A stretch of DNA of 64,000 nt from a virus. Lineage: Duplodnaviria; Caudoviricetes. This document shows, piece after piece, positions 28,267 to 36,005 of the stretch (positions are counted from its first letter, which is position 1; every line of letters starts with the position of its first letter). A program made the translations under genes and the position numbers. The notes beneath the pieces were generated by a model. It did no database searches and was not told where the DNA came from. It saw only the letters and a program-made list of their open reading frames with translations. The DNA lies in IMG/VR virus record IMGVR_UViG_3300031857_000007; one strand, given 5' to 3'.

Positions 28267-28448
28267 GGTGTTTCATTACTCCAATAGTATCTCAGTCTAT
28301 CACTATCAGCAGAAATATTCAAGTGGTAGATCTTGTCGTCTTGTGTGTAAATTCCAACCCACAGACTGCGTTCATTCATACTTTCCAAGTGAAACAACTT
28401 CACCTCTTCCAGTACGATTTCATCAGGGTTTTCAATAAATCTACTCAT
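28263..28448 (-). CDS. Hypothetical protein
   Basis: 61 aa; translationally coupled. Confidence 0.6.
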   Translation of the reverse strand: MSRFIENPDEIVLEEVKLFHLESMNERSLWVGIYTQDDKIYHLNISADSDRLRYYWSNETP

Positions 28449-28660
28449 TTTGCCTCCCAGAACCTACCATCAGAACCACAAGAATAATCAAGTGATTCCC
28501 AACATTTAGCACGGAGCATGTCACAGAACCTGCTCTCATTACCAGTTACAAGATTTGTAGAAGTATTTGGGGAAGTGCAAGTATCGTGTCGGTGTCCCAT
28601 TCCAAATAAATGAGAGACCCAATCCCGACGATAATACTTACAATCTTTACAAAGTTTCAT
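28445..28660 (-). CDS. Cys-rich, putative Zn-binding small protein
   Basis: CKDCKYY...C...C...C...C pattern. Confidence 0.6.
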   Translation of the reverse strand: MKLCKDCKYYRRDWVSHLFGMGHRHDTCTSPNTSTNLVTGNESRFCDMLRAKCWESLDYSCGSDGRFWEAK

Positions 28661-28923
28661 TGGTATGGGTTTTTAAGGTTGTCTAGGATAGCATCAAAGA
28701 AAGCAATGCGATCCTTGTCGTATTCTACATCAACACCATGAGAATTGCAAAAATCTACAATGTTCTTTTCAGTTTTAGTTGGAGAATAGATGTTGCGGAA
28801 CCTCGCATAAGTGATATGATCCCTGAACTCTTGCTTCATGGTCTCAAAGAGTTGGAATAGTTCTTGTTGTGTAAGTTCTACTTCACGATCAGTTGATTGA
28901 TGTCCAGTAAATTTGATGTTCAT
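28657..28923 (-). CDS. Hypothetical protein
   Basis: 88 aa; coupled. Confidence 0.6.
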   Translation of the reverse strand: MNIKFTGHQSTDREVELTQQELFQLFETMKQEFRDHITYARFRNIYSPTKTEKNIVDFCNSHGVDVEYDKDRIAFFDAILDNLKNPYQ

Positions 28924-29210
28924 GATAGGTTAAAGTGTAAATGAGTTTTCCATGTACCAATGGTTTTCTTTTGTAACATATCAGCAATCACATGGGGAAT
29001 AAACCTTGTATATTTGTCCAGAAACTCTCGCTCTGTAAGTTCATCACACCCGCGTAGATAATAATCATTATTAACAAAGTTTGCAAATTTTGCGAACTCA
29101 TAATCTCTTTCTCCATCAAGATTATAACGACAGATTTGCAACCACACAGATCTACCTTCACCAGTCGCAAAGTAATCAATCACAAAGAAACGATAGAATG
29201 GTTTATCCAT
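28920..29210 (-). CDS. Hypothetical protein
   Basis: 96 aa; coupled. Confidence 0.6.
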   Translation of the reverse strand: MDKPFYRFFVIDYFATGEGRSVWLQICRYNLDGERDYEFAKFANFVNNDYYLRGCDELTEREFLDKYTRFIPHVIADMLQKKTIGTWKTHLHFNLS

Positions 29211-29781
29211 TATTTTCCTCCTTCAGTTTTCTCACTCGTTCAAGAAACTCATTACCTTGTTCATACAATCGTGTAATCAAATCCTTAATATCTTCAATAT
29301 CAATCACATTATACTCAACATTCATATTCTCACAACGGAGGGCATCAATCATACATTCAAGTGTCATTGCCTGCATATGTTCTGGGGTGATTGGTGTACC
29401 GTGAGGAAGACCAGAACATTCTTCATTATAGAAGTGATTATATCGTCTCAGGACAGTATCAGCACGTTCTCTACTTTCCCATTCTTCCTTCTCAATCTCA
29501 GCAAGTTTCAGCATAGCATCACCGTGCTTCTCATAGAGTTCATCAAGGGCAGCAAGTGCCTTATTTTCTGCCTCTCTTCGTGCTGCCTCTTCTAACATCT
29601 CTTCGTGCGTAAGATTTTCAAGAACAAGGTCTTTTGCAGAATCTTCCATTTTTTTCATATCCTGTTTGTAGATAAGTTCTTTCAACCTCTGTTTGCCGTA
29701 TTCAGTGAGTTCGTGTTTTTTGTTGCGGAGTTCTTCTACTTCTTCTTGTGTGAGACTAACCCACGGCATGTCTTCATTCAT
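29203..29781 (-). CDS. Hypothetical helical/coiled-coil protein
   Basis: 192 aa, E/K-rich. Confidence 0.65.
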   Translation of the reverse strand: MNEDMPWVSLTQEEVEELRNKKHELTEYGKQRLKELIYKQDMKKMEDSAKDLVLENLTHEEMLEEAARREAENKALAALDELYEKHGDAMLKLAEIEKEEWESRERADTVLRRYNHFYNEECSGLPHGTPITPEHMQAMTLECMIDALRCENMNVEYNVIDIEDIKDLITRLYEQGNEFLERVRKLKEENNG

Positions 29782-30004
29782 AATACTCTTTCCTCACACA
29801 TTCTATTTCAAGGTCTTCTACCCTGTCTTGCAAGTCCATAATAAGTTGAAGGATTTTCATAGTATCCAGATTACCATTTTCATCAGCAACAAGAGAAAGA
29901 TATGATTGTTTTATAATCTCTTGCTGTTCTTCAAATGGTTTGAGATACCATTCCTTTCTTTGTTTTTGAGTATATTTGTCCCAACCTAATGGGTTGTATC
30001 TCAT
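29774..30004 (-). CDS. Hypothetical protein
   Basis: 76 aa; coupled. Confidence 0.6.
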   Translation of the reverse strand: MRYNPLGWDKYTQKQRKEWYLKPFEEQQEIIKQSYLSLVADENGNLDTMKILQLIMDLQDRVEDLEIECVRKEYYE

Positions 30005-30513
30005 CGTAGCATCCCCTTAATTTTTTCAAGACAATGATTAAATCCATCCACAAGTAATTCAGTATTTACATTCTGACTTCCTGCTGCTGATTGTTCTTTC
30101 GGCAACCAATCTTCTACCAAATCTACAACATCATTACAAGCATCAAAATCATAACCAAGTTCATCTACCAATCTATTAAAAAGTTTTTGTGCTTCGTATT
30201 TTTTCACCAACCTATTCACAACCTCATCCATAGGTTTTGGATTATCTTTCTCATCCCATTCTACTTCATCATAATGTTCAGGTTCATCAACCACTCCATC
30301 CTCCTTTGCTGCATTCCAACCATACCGAAAGATATTCCAGGATTGAATATCAAATTTAGTTGCATCTGAACCAGTTTCAGGATACTTGCCGAAAACTTCT
30401 TTATATGCTTCTTCTACTGGTGTCTTTGGTTCTTCTACTCTCTTATACTTCACACCCATAATGGTTGCGTAGTCTCCTTCTATAAGAACTTTTGAGATGT
30501 CGGTTTCAGTCAT
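30001..30513 (-). CDS. Hypothetical protein
   Basis: 170 aa; coupled. Confidence 0.65.
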   Translation of the reverse strand: MTETDISKVLIEGDYATIMGVKYKRVEEPKTPVEEAYKEVFGKYPETGSDATKFDIQSWNIFRYGWNAAKEDGVVDEPEHYDEVEWDEKDNPKPMDEVVNRLVKKYEAQKLFNRLVDELGYDFDACNDVVDLVEDWLPKEQSAAGSQNVNTELLVDGFNHCLEKIKGMLR

Positions 30514-30779
30514 CGGTCTTCATTATAAAATACAAATCCTGTTGCTGTTTTTTCACAGTAGTAATAATACTCTTGGAATACACCATTCATAAAATCTTCA
30601 AGTGTTTCCAGTTCATCACTACCAGTTGAATGATAACAGTCTAACACAAAATCCTCATACTCACCAACAAAACCACAGAAACGGTCAGGAAACTTTGAAA
30701 TACTTTTATCTGGGAAGAGTTCATAGTAAGTATCTAATACTTCCTGCCCATATTCTTCTAGGATTTCTTCAAACGTCAT
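30510..30779 (-). CDS. Acidic hypothetical protein, possibly ArdA-related
   Basis: FCGFVGEYEDFVLDCY pattern, D/E-rich. Confidence 0.55.
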   Translation of the reverse strand: MTFEEILEEYGQEVLDTYYELFPDKSISKFPDRFCGFVGEYEDFVLDCYHSTGSDELETLEDFMNGVFQEYYYYCEKTATGFVFYNEDR

Positions 30780-30954
30780 AAGGTTGCTGTGGGTCTTTTT
30801 TCCAAATTTCTTTGTAGATAATCCAAGGTTCTTCTTGGTGGGTCATTTGAGCAGTCCAGTGGTATCCATTCTCATCAACAGCATCAAGATAATGAATGCG
30901 TGTCTTGGGATCAATTGTGCGTGTGATGTGTGTGAATTTAACTCGTTCAATCAT
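30769..30954 (-). CDS. Hypothetical protein
   Basis: 61 aa; coupled. Confidence 0.6.
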   Translation of the reverse strand: MIERVKFTHITRTIDPKTRIHYLDAVDENGYHWTAQMTHQEEPWIIYKEIWKKDPQQPYDV

Positions 30955-31277
30955 TTTACTCCAAGCAAGTCCTTTTCAAAATCAGTCAAACGAGCAAGAA
31001 GTTCTTGTCGTTTTTGTTCTTTGATTTCTTCTTGTCGTTTTTCTTCCAACATTTCATCAAGAACATCCATCATAGCATCAAAACAATAATTACCCTTGTT
31101 CCAATCACTCTCACCTTTTTGAGTGATGACTACCTTTTCATCAAAGTTTTCTGGACGGAACATTTCATAGATACGAATTACATAATCACCATCTTTGTCC
31201 TCACGAACCTCAACACTTAAATCAAGTTGGTTTGCTTTGGAAAAGAGTTTGAGAAGTTCAGTTTCTCTGATAGTCAT
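30951..31277 (-). CDS. Hypothetical protein (probable start MTIRE)
   Basis: Start adjusted to follow the upstream stop codon. Confidence 0.6.
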   Translation of the reverse strand: MTIRETELLKLFSKANQLDLSVEVREDKDGDYVIRIYEMFRPENFDEKVVITQKGESDWNKGNYCFDAMMDVLDEMLEEKRQEEIKEQKRQELLARLTDFEKDLLGVK

Positions 31278-31278
31278 T

Positions 31279-31452
31279 TCAGTTCTGGTGTTGTTTGAGG
31301 TGAAGTTGGATACATTCCATAACATTATCAAGAGTTAGAGCACTACCCTCATAGTAGTAATCCATATTCATTACATCTGTGACTTTGAGTTTGTAATAAA
31401 AATCTCCATCAGAAGAATACTGATGAATGATGATGTCAGTTTCGTAGTTCAT
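31279..31452 (-). CDS. Early hypothetical protein (57 aa, start MNYETD)
   Basis: ATG lies 21 nt downstream of a TATAAT box. Confidence 0.65.
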   Translation of the reverse strand: MNYETDIIIHQYSSDGDFYYKLKVTDVMNMDYYYEGSALTLDNVMECIQLHLKQHQN

Positions 31453-31473
31453 CGGTTTGTTTCTTATGAAGTC

Positions 31474-31531
31474 ATTATAAGGCAAAAGGAGCACCTGTGG
31501 GATGCTCCTGTGCCAGTTCTTCAAGTGTCCT
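31474..31531 (-). promoter_or_regulatory. Early promoter element with an embedded terminator
   Basis: TATAAT at 31474-31479; GTGCCAGT-tcttca-AGTGTCCT at 31510-31531; spacer AGGAGCA-loop-TGCTCCT-TTT. Confidence 0.75.
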
Positions 31532-31784
31532 ATTTCAGTTCATCTTCCTCTTTTTGAATAGCAGAGATAGCATTTAGAAACTCCAAACCATATTTACCTA
31601 CAACCCAAGCATCTTTATCCTCAAAGAACCTAGTACCGATGGTTCTCATATCATAGCCTTCTGTGCTTTTATTGAAGAAAGCAACGACATAGCAACTATC
31701 ACCAGAGTCGTGAGTATACCACTTGACGAGTTCATACTTGTTGTTGACTTTACTCCAACGAAACTCTATGTTACGAAATCTCAT
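31530..31784 (-). CDS. Hypothetical protein
   Basis: 84 aa; stop codon overlaps the palindrome edge. Confidence 0.65.
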   Translation of the reverse strand: MRFRNIEFRWSKVNNKYELVKWYTHDSGDSCYVVAFFNKSTEGYDMRTIGTRFFEDKDAWVVGKYGLEFLNAISAIQKEEDELK

Positions 31785-31957
31785 TCTTCTTCCTCTTCAT
31801 AAGGGAACATTTCATCATACTCTTCATCAGTGAGAGTCAGATACTGAACATCAGCATCTTTGTGCTCTTCGGCATACACTAACTGATAGTGAGCAAAACT
31901 ACTTTCAGAAGTGCTAGCGTACTCTATGAGTCCATCAACAATACAAAGGTAATTCAT
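31781..31957 (-). CDS. Acidic hypothetical protein (58 aa)
   Basis: Manual translation MNYLCIVDGLIEYASTSESSFAHYQLVYAEEHKDADVQYLTLTDEEYDEMFPYEEEEE. Confidence 0.65.
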   Translation of the reverse strand: MNYLCIVDGLIEYASTSESSFAHYQLVYAEEHKDADVQYLTLTDEEYDEMFPYEEEEE

Positions 31958-32169
31958 TAGAGCACCTCCCAGTGTGCATCAGATTTGTCACCGAAACGAT
32001 TAGTTCCAGTTCTTGTACTAACCCAAAAAAAGTATTTACGGTTTTCTGATGCCAAGAATAACTCACCACCAGTGTCCTGCTCTACAATACAGACAGGATT
32101 GTTTCCCATGATATTTGCTAATCTATTCTTCGCCTTGCTGCTTTTGGGTCTTACGGTTACTCTTCTCAT
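31957..32169 (-). CDS. Hypothetical protein
   Basis: 70 aa; coupled. Confidence 0.65.
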   Translation of the reverse strand: MRRVTVRPKSSKAKNRLANIMGNNPVCIVEQDTGGELFLASENRKYFFWVSTRTGTNRFGDKSDAHWEVL

Positions 32170-32386
32170 TTTGGATCTCCAGTTTCAGTTTGCGAATACC
32201 AGTAATAAAGTAAGCAAAATCACGGGATTCAGTCACCCGTTTTTCTTCACCACAGACACCACATTTACCATTCCAGACAGATGAACAACCGACTGAATAA
32301 ACACCATAAGTTTGACCACAATCCATACAAGTGGTGCCTGCCTGCTCAAGTCGTTTGAGTAGTGCCTTCTTCTCTTTGAGAGTCAT
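32123..32386 (-). CDS. Zn-ribbon-like small protein (start MTLKEKK)
   Basis: CMDCG...CGVCG; follows a promoter element. Confidence 0.6.
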   Translation of the reverse strand: MTLKEKKALLKRLEQAGTTCMDCGQTYGVYSVGCSSVWNGKCGVCGEEKRVTESRDFAYFITGIRKLKLEIQNEKSNRKTQKQQGEE

Positions 32387-32407
32387 AGGGGCGTTTCGTA
32401 TAATGGT

Positions 32408-32465
32408 ATTATAGGGCATCAGGAGGCGTCTTCAACGTCCTCTGTGCCAGTTTCCAAAGTGTCCT
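32408..32465 (-). promoter_or_regulatory. Early promoter element embedded in the upstream CDS
   Basis: TATAAT at 32408-32413; GTGCCAGT-ttccaa-AGTGTCCT at 32444-32465. Confidence 0.7.
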
Positions 32466-32790
32466 CATCGCCAGTAAGGTCTTTAAGTCTATTCATAAAG
32501 TCTTCATCAAGTGGATAGACCTTTTCTTCACCACGATCAATCCTATCACACATCTCCATCAGATATTCTAGAAACTCTTTGGGATATGTTTCATCCATAT
32601 TAATGCTGCACCAGAACCACTGATAACATTCTTCATATGGATCGTCGTTTTTCAGCAGAGCATAATCAGCATAGTTTCCACTGATGAGATCTCTCCACAT
32701 CTTAAAGTTGTTCCAGATCTCTCTCCAACCAGTCTGGAAACAATGTCCGAAGTAATACTCAAACCAGTTCAGTTTTTTCTTCATCAACAC
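32419..32790 (-). CDS. Hypothetical protein
   Basis: 123 aa; coupled. Confidence 0.65.
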   Translation of the reverse strand: MLMKKKLNWFEYYFGHCFQTGWREIWNNFKMWRDLISGNYADYALLKNDDPYEECYQWFWCSINMDETYPKEFLEYLMEMCDRIDRGEEKVYPLDEDFMNRLKDLTGDEDTLETGTEDVEDAS

Positions 32791-33071
32791 TCATCCATTC
32801 CAAGATAATCAGTCTCTTTTTCATCCACTTCCTCTAAATGGTCCCATCTCCAAGTGCGGGAAAGCAAATCAATATCAAACCCAAACTTATATGCCCAGAA
32901 GAGAATACCTAAAAGACCATTACTTCCCATTGTAATCTGAAGATAAGGTGAAGAAGGATAATCATTCCAACTTACAGAAAACTGAAACAAACTCCATCGT
33001 TTAATATTAACAACTTGAACATAAACTTCGTGTCCAAAGTCATAGCGATGCTTAAATTTAATTAGATTCAT
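32784..33071 (-). CDS. Hypothetical aromatic-rich protein
   Basis: 95 aa; coupled. Confidence 0.6.
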   Translation of the reverse strand: MNLIKFKHRYDFGHEVYVQVVNIKRWSLFQFSVSWNDYPSSPYLQITMGSNGLLGILFWAYKFGFDIDLLSRTWRWDHLEEVDEKETDYLGMDEC

Positions 33072-33241
33072 TGCTCTTTAATAACACAAGATGTAGTGCA
33101 TTTAAGGTCACCAGAAGATCCAGAGACCGTAGATGTATGGTGTGGTGTTTTTTCTGGTGTCAGATTATATGATACAATAGCGGACACAAAAAACGCAAGT
33201 GCAGGGATTGCGACATATTGTAGATAAGTTTTACTGCTCAT
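33068..33241 (-). CDS. Small membrane-anchored protein, paralog of 27893..28060
   Basis: HTSTVSGSSGDLKCTTSCVIK is shared with that copy. Confidence 0.7.
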   Translation of the reverse strand: MSSKTYLQYVAIPALAFFVSAIVSYNLTPEKTPHHTSTVSGSSGDLKCTTSCVIKEQ

Positions 33242-33416
33242 TATTGTTTTCCTCAAAGTCAAACCATTCATACAGAGAGTTCATCGCACCATCAACCACA
33301 CAATCAACCACAGCATCTTCGTGTGGGTTCTCTACGTGTTTATGGGCACGATTGTATCCATAACGGACACCTTCTTCCAGTGCCATCTCCAATACCTTAC
33401 GAAAGTTAGGTTTCAT
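33231..33416 (-). CDS. Hypothetical protein
   Basis: 61 aa. Confidence 0.65.
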   Translation of the reverse strand: MKPNFRKVLEMALEEGVRYGYNRAHKHVENPHEDAVVDCVVDGAMNSLYEWFDFEENNNEQ

Positions 33417-33417
33417 A

Positions 33418-33621
33418 TCAATAAGGAAGAGATTTCAGACCATCCAGAACTTCCTGAAAGCGTTCGGCACGACTCTTGTGGTGCTCTACATTCTCCTCAA
33501 GCACACTCACAATATCGTCCAGGACAACATCCAGAGACGCATCAGTATCAAAGTATTGTTGGATTGCTTCGGCAAGATACCGCCGCCGACTCCATTCCAT
33601 ACTATAGGGTTTGTAGTCCAT
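33418..33621 (-). CDS. Hypothetical protein
   Basis: 67 aa, downstream of a consensus promoter. Confidence 0.65.
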   Translation of the reverse strand: MDYKPYSMEWSRRRYLAEAIQQYFDTDASLDVVLDDIVSVLEENVEHHKSRAERFQEVLDGLKSLPY

Positions 33622-33642
33622 AATCAGAGTGTATATGCGGGT

Positions 33643-33671
33643 ATTATAAAGGTTTTTTCAGATATTGTCAA
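33643..33671 (-). promoter_or_regulatory. Consensus sigma70 promoter
   Basis: TTGACA-17 nt-TATAAT. Confidence 0.8.
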
Positions 33672-33985
33672 TCTCTTGTTCGCCAATCGGTTTCGTCATC
33701 ATCACGTTTAAACCAATCATGCAGTTCATCTGGGTTGTCAAAACCTCTTCTACCAAATCTTTCGTGCCCTAAACCACCAATATCCATTGAGTTTAGGAAA
33801 TCATCCATTTCATCCATATTGGGATTTTCCGCTTTACGTCTTGCCTGGCGGAGCATTGTTCCAGCAGAGCGATTTGCCTTTGCAAGTTTCTCTGCCCAGA
33901 TCATATCTTCTAAACTTACTTCTTTATGAAGTACAATCTTCTCACAGATTGCTTCCAGTCTCAATCTGTACTGCGTAGAGAGCAT
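33668..33985 (-). CDS. Hypothetical protein, paralog of 26061..26378
   Basis: Same length (105 aa) and a near-identical N-terminal half. Confidence 0.8.
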   Translation of the reverse strand: MLSTQYRLRLEAICEKIVLHKEVSLEDMIWAEKLAKANRSAGTMLRQARRKAENPNMDEMDDFLNSMDIGGLGHERFGRRGFDNPDELHDWFKRDDDETDWRTRD

Positions 33986-34005
33986 ATGTATTACCAGATG
34001 TAGTG

Positions 34006-34239
34006 TTATTTATTTTTATATTCGTCCATTAACTCTTTTGCGAGTTTCATAGAACGACGCCACATTAAATATTTTACCACAGGATTACGTGGATTGTTTA
34101 ACAACCACCACTTTTGTTTCTCATAGTTAGACTTTGCTAACTTAAGCACATAATAAAAGGCAGCAGCGATACTATCATCTGTTGCGATAAAGTATGCCGC
34201 TACTGCAAATACGATAAACCAAGCATAATAAGACATCAT
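34006..34239 (-). CDS. Small membrane protein, paralog of 26399..26638
   Basis: WWLLNNPRNPVVKYLMWRR. Confidence 0.75.
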   Translation of the reverse strand: MMSYYAWFIVFAVAAYFIATDDSIAAAFYYVLKLAKSNYEKQKWWLLNNPRNPVVKYLMWRRSMKLAKELMDEYKNK

Positions 34240-34261
34240 CTAGGTCTCATAGTTTTATTAT

Positions 34262-34507
34262 TTAACCAAGAAATTGATCTAGACTGGAGACCGATGCGCC
34301 TTTTGCGGACTTTTGAATGTAGGTTTTGGCGGACTTGTAATTGTTTGCTAGATGAACCTGCTGTCCGTTGTGAATGATAATAAACTTTTTACCAAATGGC
34401 ACTGCTGCCCACATACCATCTTTAGTGACATAACCTTGTGGATCTGATGGTTTTGGATTTAAGATTCCTGGACGATCTACAAAAGGTTTCTGAAAGTTTT
34501 CGCTCAT
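34262..34507 (-). CDS. Hypothetical protein
   Basis: 81 aa. Confidence 0.65.
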   Translation of the reverse strand: MSENFQKPFVDRPGILNPKPSDPQGYVTKDGMWAAVPFGKKFIIIHNGQQVHLANNYKSAKTYIQKSAKGASVSSLDQFLG

Positions 34508-34647
34508 CCGAATACAGCGGTCACACCAATAACTTTAGCACTTGGATTACGTGCTAGAGCAGTCCGCCTGGCATCATCATAATCACGTGCCTCGACAATC
34601 TCATCAAAGACTTTGCCAGCGACATAGAGTTGGACTTTGCAGCGCAT
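34504..34647 (-). CDS. Hypothetical protein (47 aa)
   Basis: Manual translation MRCKVQLYVAGKVFDEIVEARDYDDARRTALARNPSAKVIGVTAVFG. Confidence 0.65.
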   Translation of the reverse strand: MRCKVQLYVAGKVFDEIVEARDYDDARRTALARNPSAKVIGVTAVFG

Positions 34648-34686
34648 TAGAGTTTCTCCTGATGTGTAGGTAGTATAGCAGAAAAG

Positions 34687-35916
34687 TCAGCGCCTGACAA
34701 TGCTGACGGCAACCTCACCTTGCTTGAAGATGATGTCCACCACATTCTGGACTGCCTTCGCAGTGCCCGTAGATGCCTTGTCAAAGACCGGGCAGACCAC
34801 CAGACCATAGGATTTAGTGTAGGACGACAGGTCGCCTGCCTGAATGGCGCCAGAGCGGATTCCAGCGGCGTCTTGGGGGTGCAGACGCAGCGTCCGACCA
34901 ACGGTCTGACCGATGCCCACAACGTCCATAGAGCGCAAGAACACGACCGCTTCCAGAGCAGAAATGTTGATGCCTTCTGCCAGAATGCTGTGATGCAGGA
35001 CCACAAACTTTTTGTCAGGGTCTTTGCCCCAAGCATTCAGAGTGTCAAAAAACACCTCACGATTGACCTTCTGCCCATCAATAAATGCACCGTGCTTGGC
35101 AGTAATGTGCAGCACAGAGTAACCTTGCTCGGCAATCTGGTCTGCAAAGTCAGATTCAGACAGCAGAGCAATGATGTGGCGAGTTGCCTTTGCACACACC
35201 AGAATCTTATCGACAGGATTGTCCTGAATGATTTGCATCAGATACTCACAGTCCCGTTGAGCAATATCCTCACCCTTGACGGACAGACGCATTGGAGCAG
35301 TAATCACTTTGGGAGGAATGATATAGCCACCCTGTACCAATTCAGGAGCAGGAACTTTGGCGATGATATTACCGTAGACAGCAACATCATTCATACCAGG
35401 TTTGGCAACGGTGGCAGAATACTTGGGAGTTGCAGTAAAGAAGTAGCAACGCTTTGCTTCAGCAGCAAAATGCTCTACAGCAGGAAAGAAGTGACGTTGA
35501 ACGCTATTGTGTGCCTCATCAAAGTAAATCGTATCCACCTCAATATCTGCCTTTGCAAGTTGCTGCAGAGAATTGTAAGTGGTGAAAATCAGTTTGTGAC
35601 CTTGAGTTTGCTCATACCAAGTGCGAATCGCATTGGGACGAGTGCTGCTGAAGTGATGAGTCTCACCACTGTGAATGTGCATCACAGAAGCATTAGTGAT
35701 AAACTCAAGGTATTCAGCAGACAACTGCTCTGCCAGGAGGATGCGCGGCGCCGTCACTACAATAGTCTTGGGGGTGCTAGACTGAAACACACGAATAGCA
35801 TCAAAAATGCCCACGTTGGTCTTACCACCACCGGTAGGAAACACACAGATACCTTTGAGATGCTGTGCCAGAGCATCCAGAGCAACTTGTTGGTGAGGGC
35901 GAAGTTGGTACATCAT
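34687..35916 (-). CDS. SF2 DEAH-box helicase (ResIII-like)
   Basis: PTGGGKT (Walker A), DEAH, ILAEGIN and QTVGRTLR motifs. Confidence 0.9.
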   Translation of the reverse strand: MMYQLRPHQQVALDALAQHLKGICVFPTGGGKTNVGIFDAIRVFQSSTPKTIVVTAPRILLAEQLSAEYLEFITNASVMHIHSGETHHFSSTRPNAIRTWYEQTQGHKLIFTTYNSLQQLAKADIEVDTIYFDEAHNSVQRHFFPAVEHFAAEAKRCYFFTATPKYSATVAKPGMNDVAVYGNIIAKVPAPELVQGGYIIPPKVITAPMRLSVKGEDIAQRDCEYLMQIIQDNPVDKILVCAKATRHIIALLSESDFADQIAEQGYSVLHITAKHGAFIDGQKVNREVFFDTLNAWGKDPDKKFVVLHHSILAEGINISALEAVVFLRSMDVVGIGQTVGRTLRLHPQDAAGIRSGAIQAGDLSSYTKSYGLVVCPVFDKASTGTAKAVQNVVDIIFKQGEVAVSIVRR

Positions 35917-35935
35917 CTCTCAATTCAATACACAT

Positions 35936-35993
35936 ATTATAGCAGCAAAAAAGGGGTCTTGCGACCCCCCTGTGCCAGTTTGTCAAGTGTCTT
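35936..35993 (-). promoter_or_regulatory. Early promoter element with an embedded intrinsic terminator
   Basis: TATAAT at 35936-35941; GTGCCAGT-ttgtca-AGTGTCTT at 35972-35993; spacer GGGGTC-gcaa-GACCCC-TTTTTT. Confidence 0.75.
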
Positions 35994-36005
35994 AAGTATC
36001 AAGAC

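Noticed and set aside
19988-35993. Early palindrome as a CRP, NtcA or sigma54 site
   Set aside because: The inner bases do not match TGTGA-N6-TCACA or GTA-N8-TAC. TGGCAC occurs without a correctly spaced -12 TTGC, and sigma70-type -10 boxes are present.
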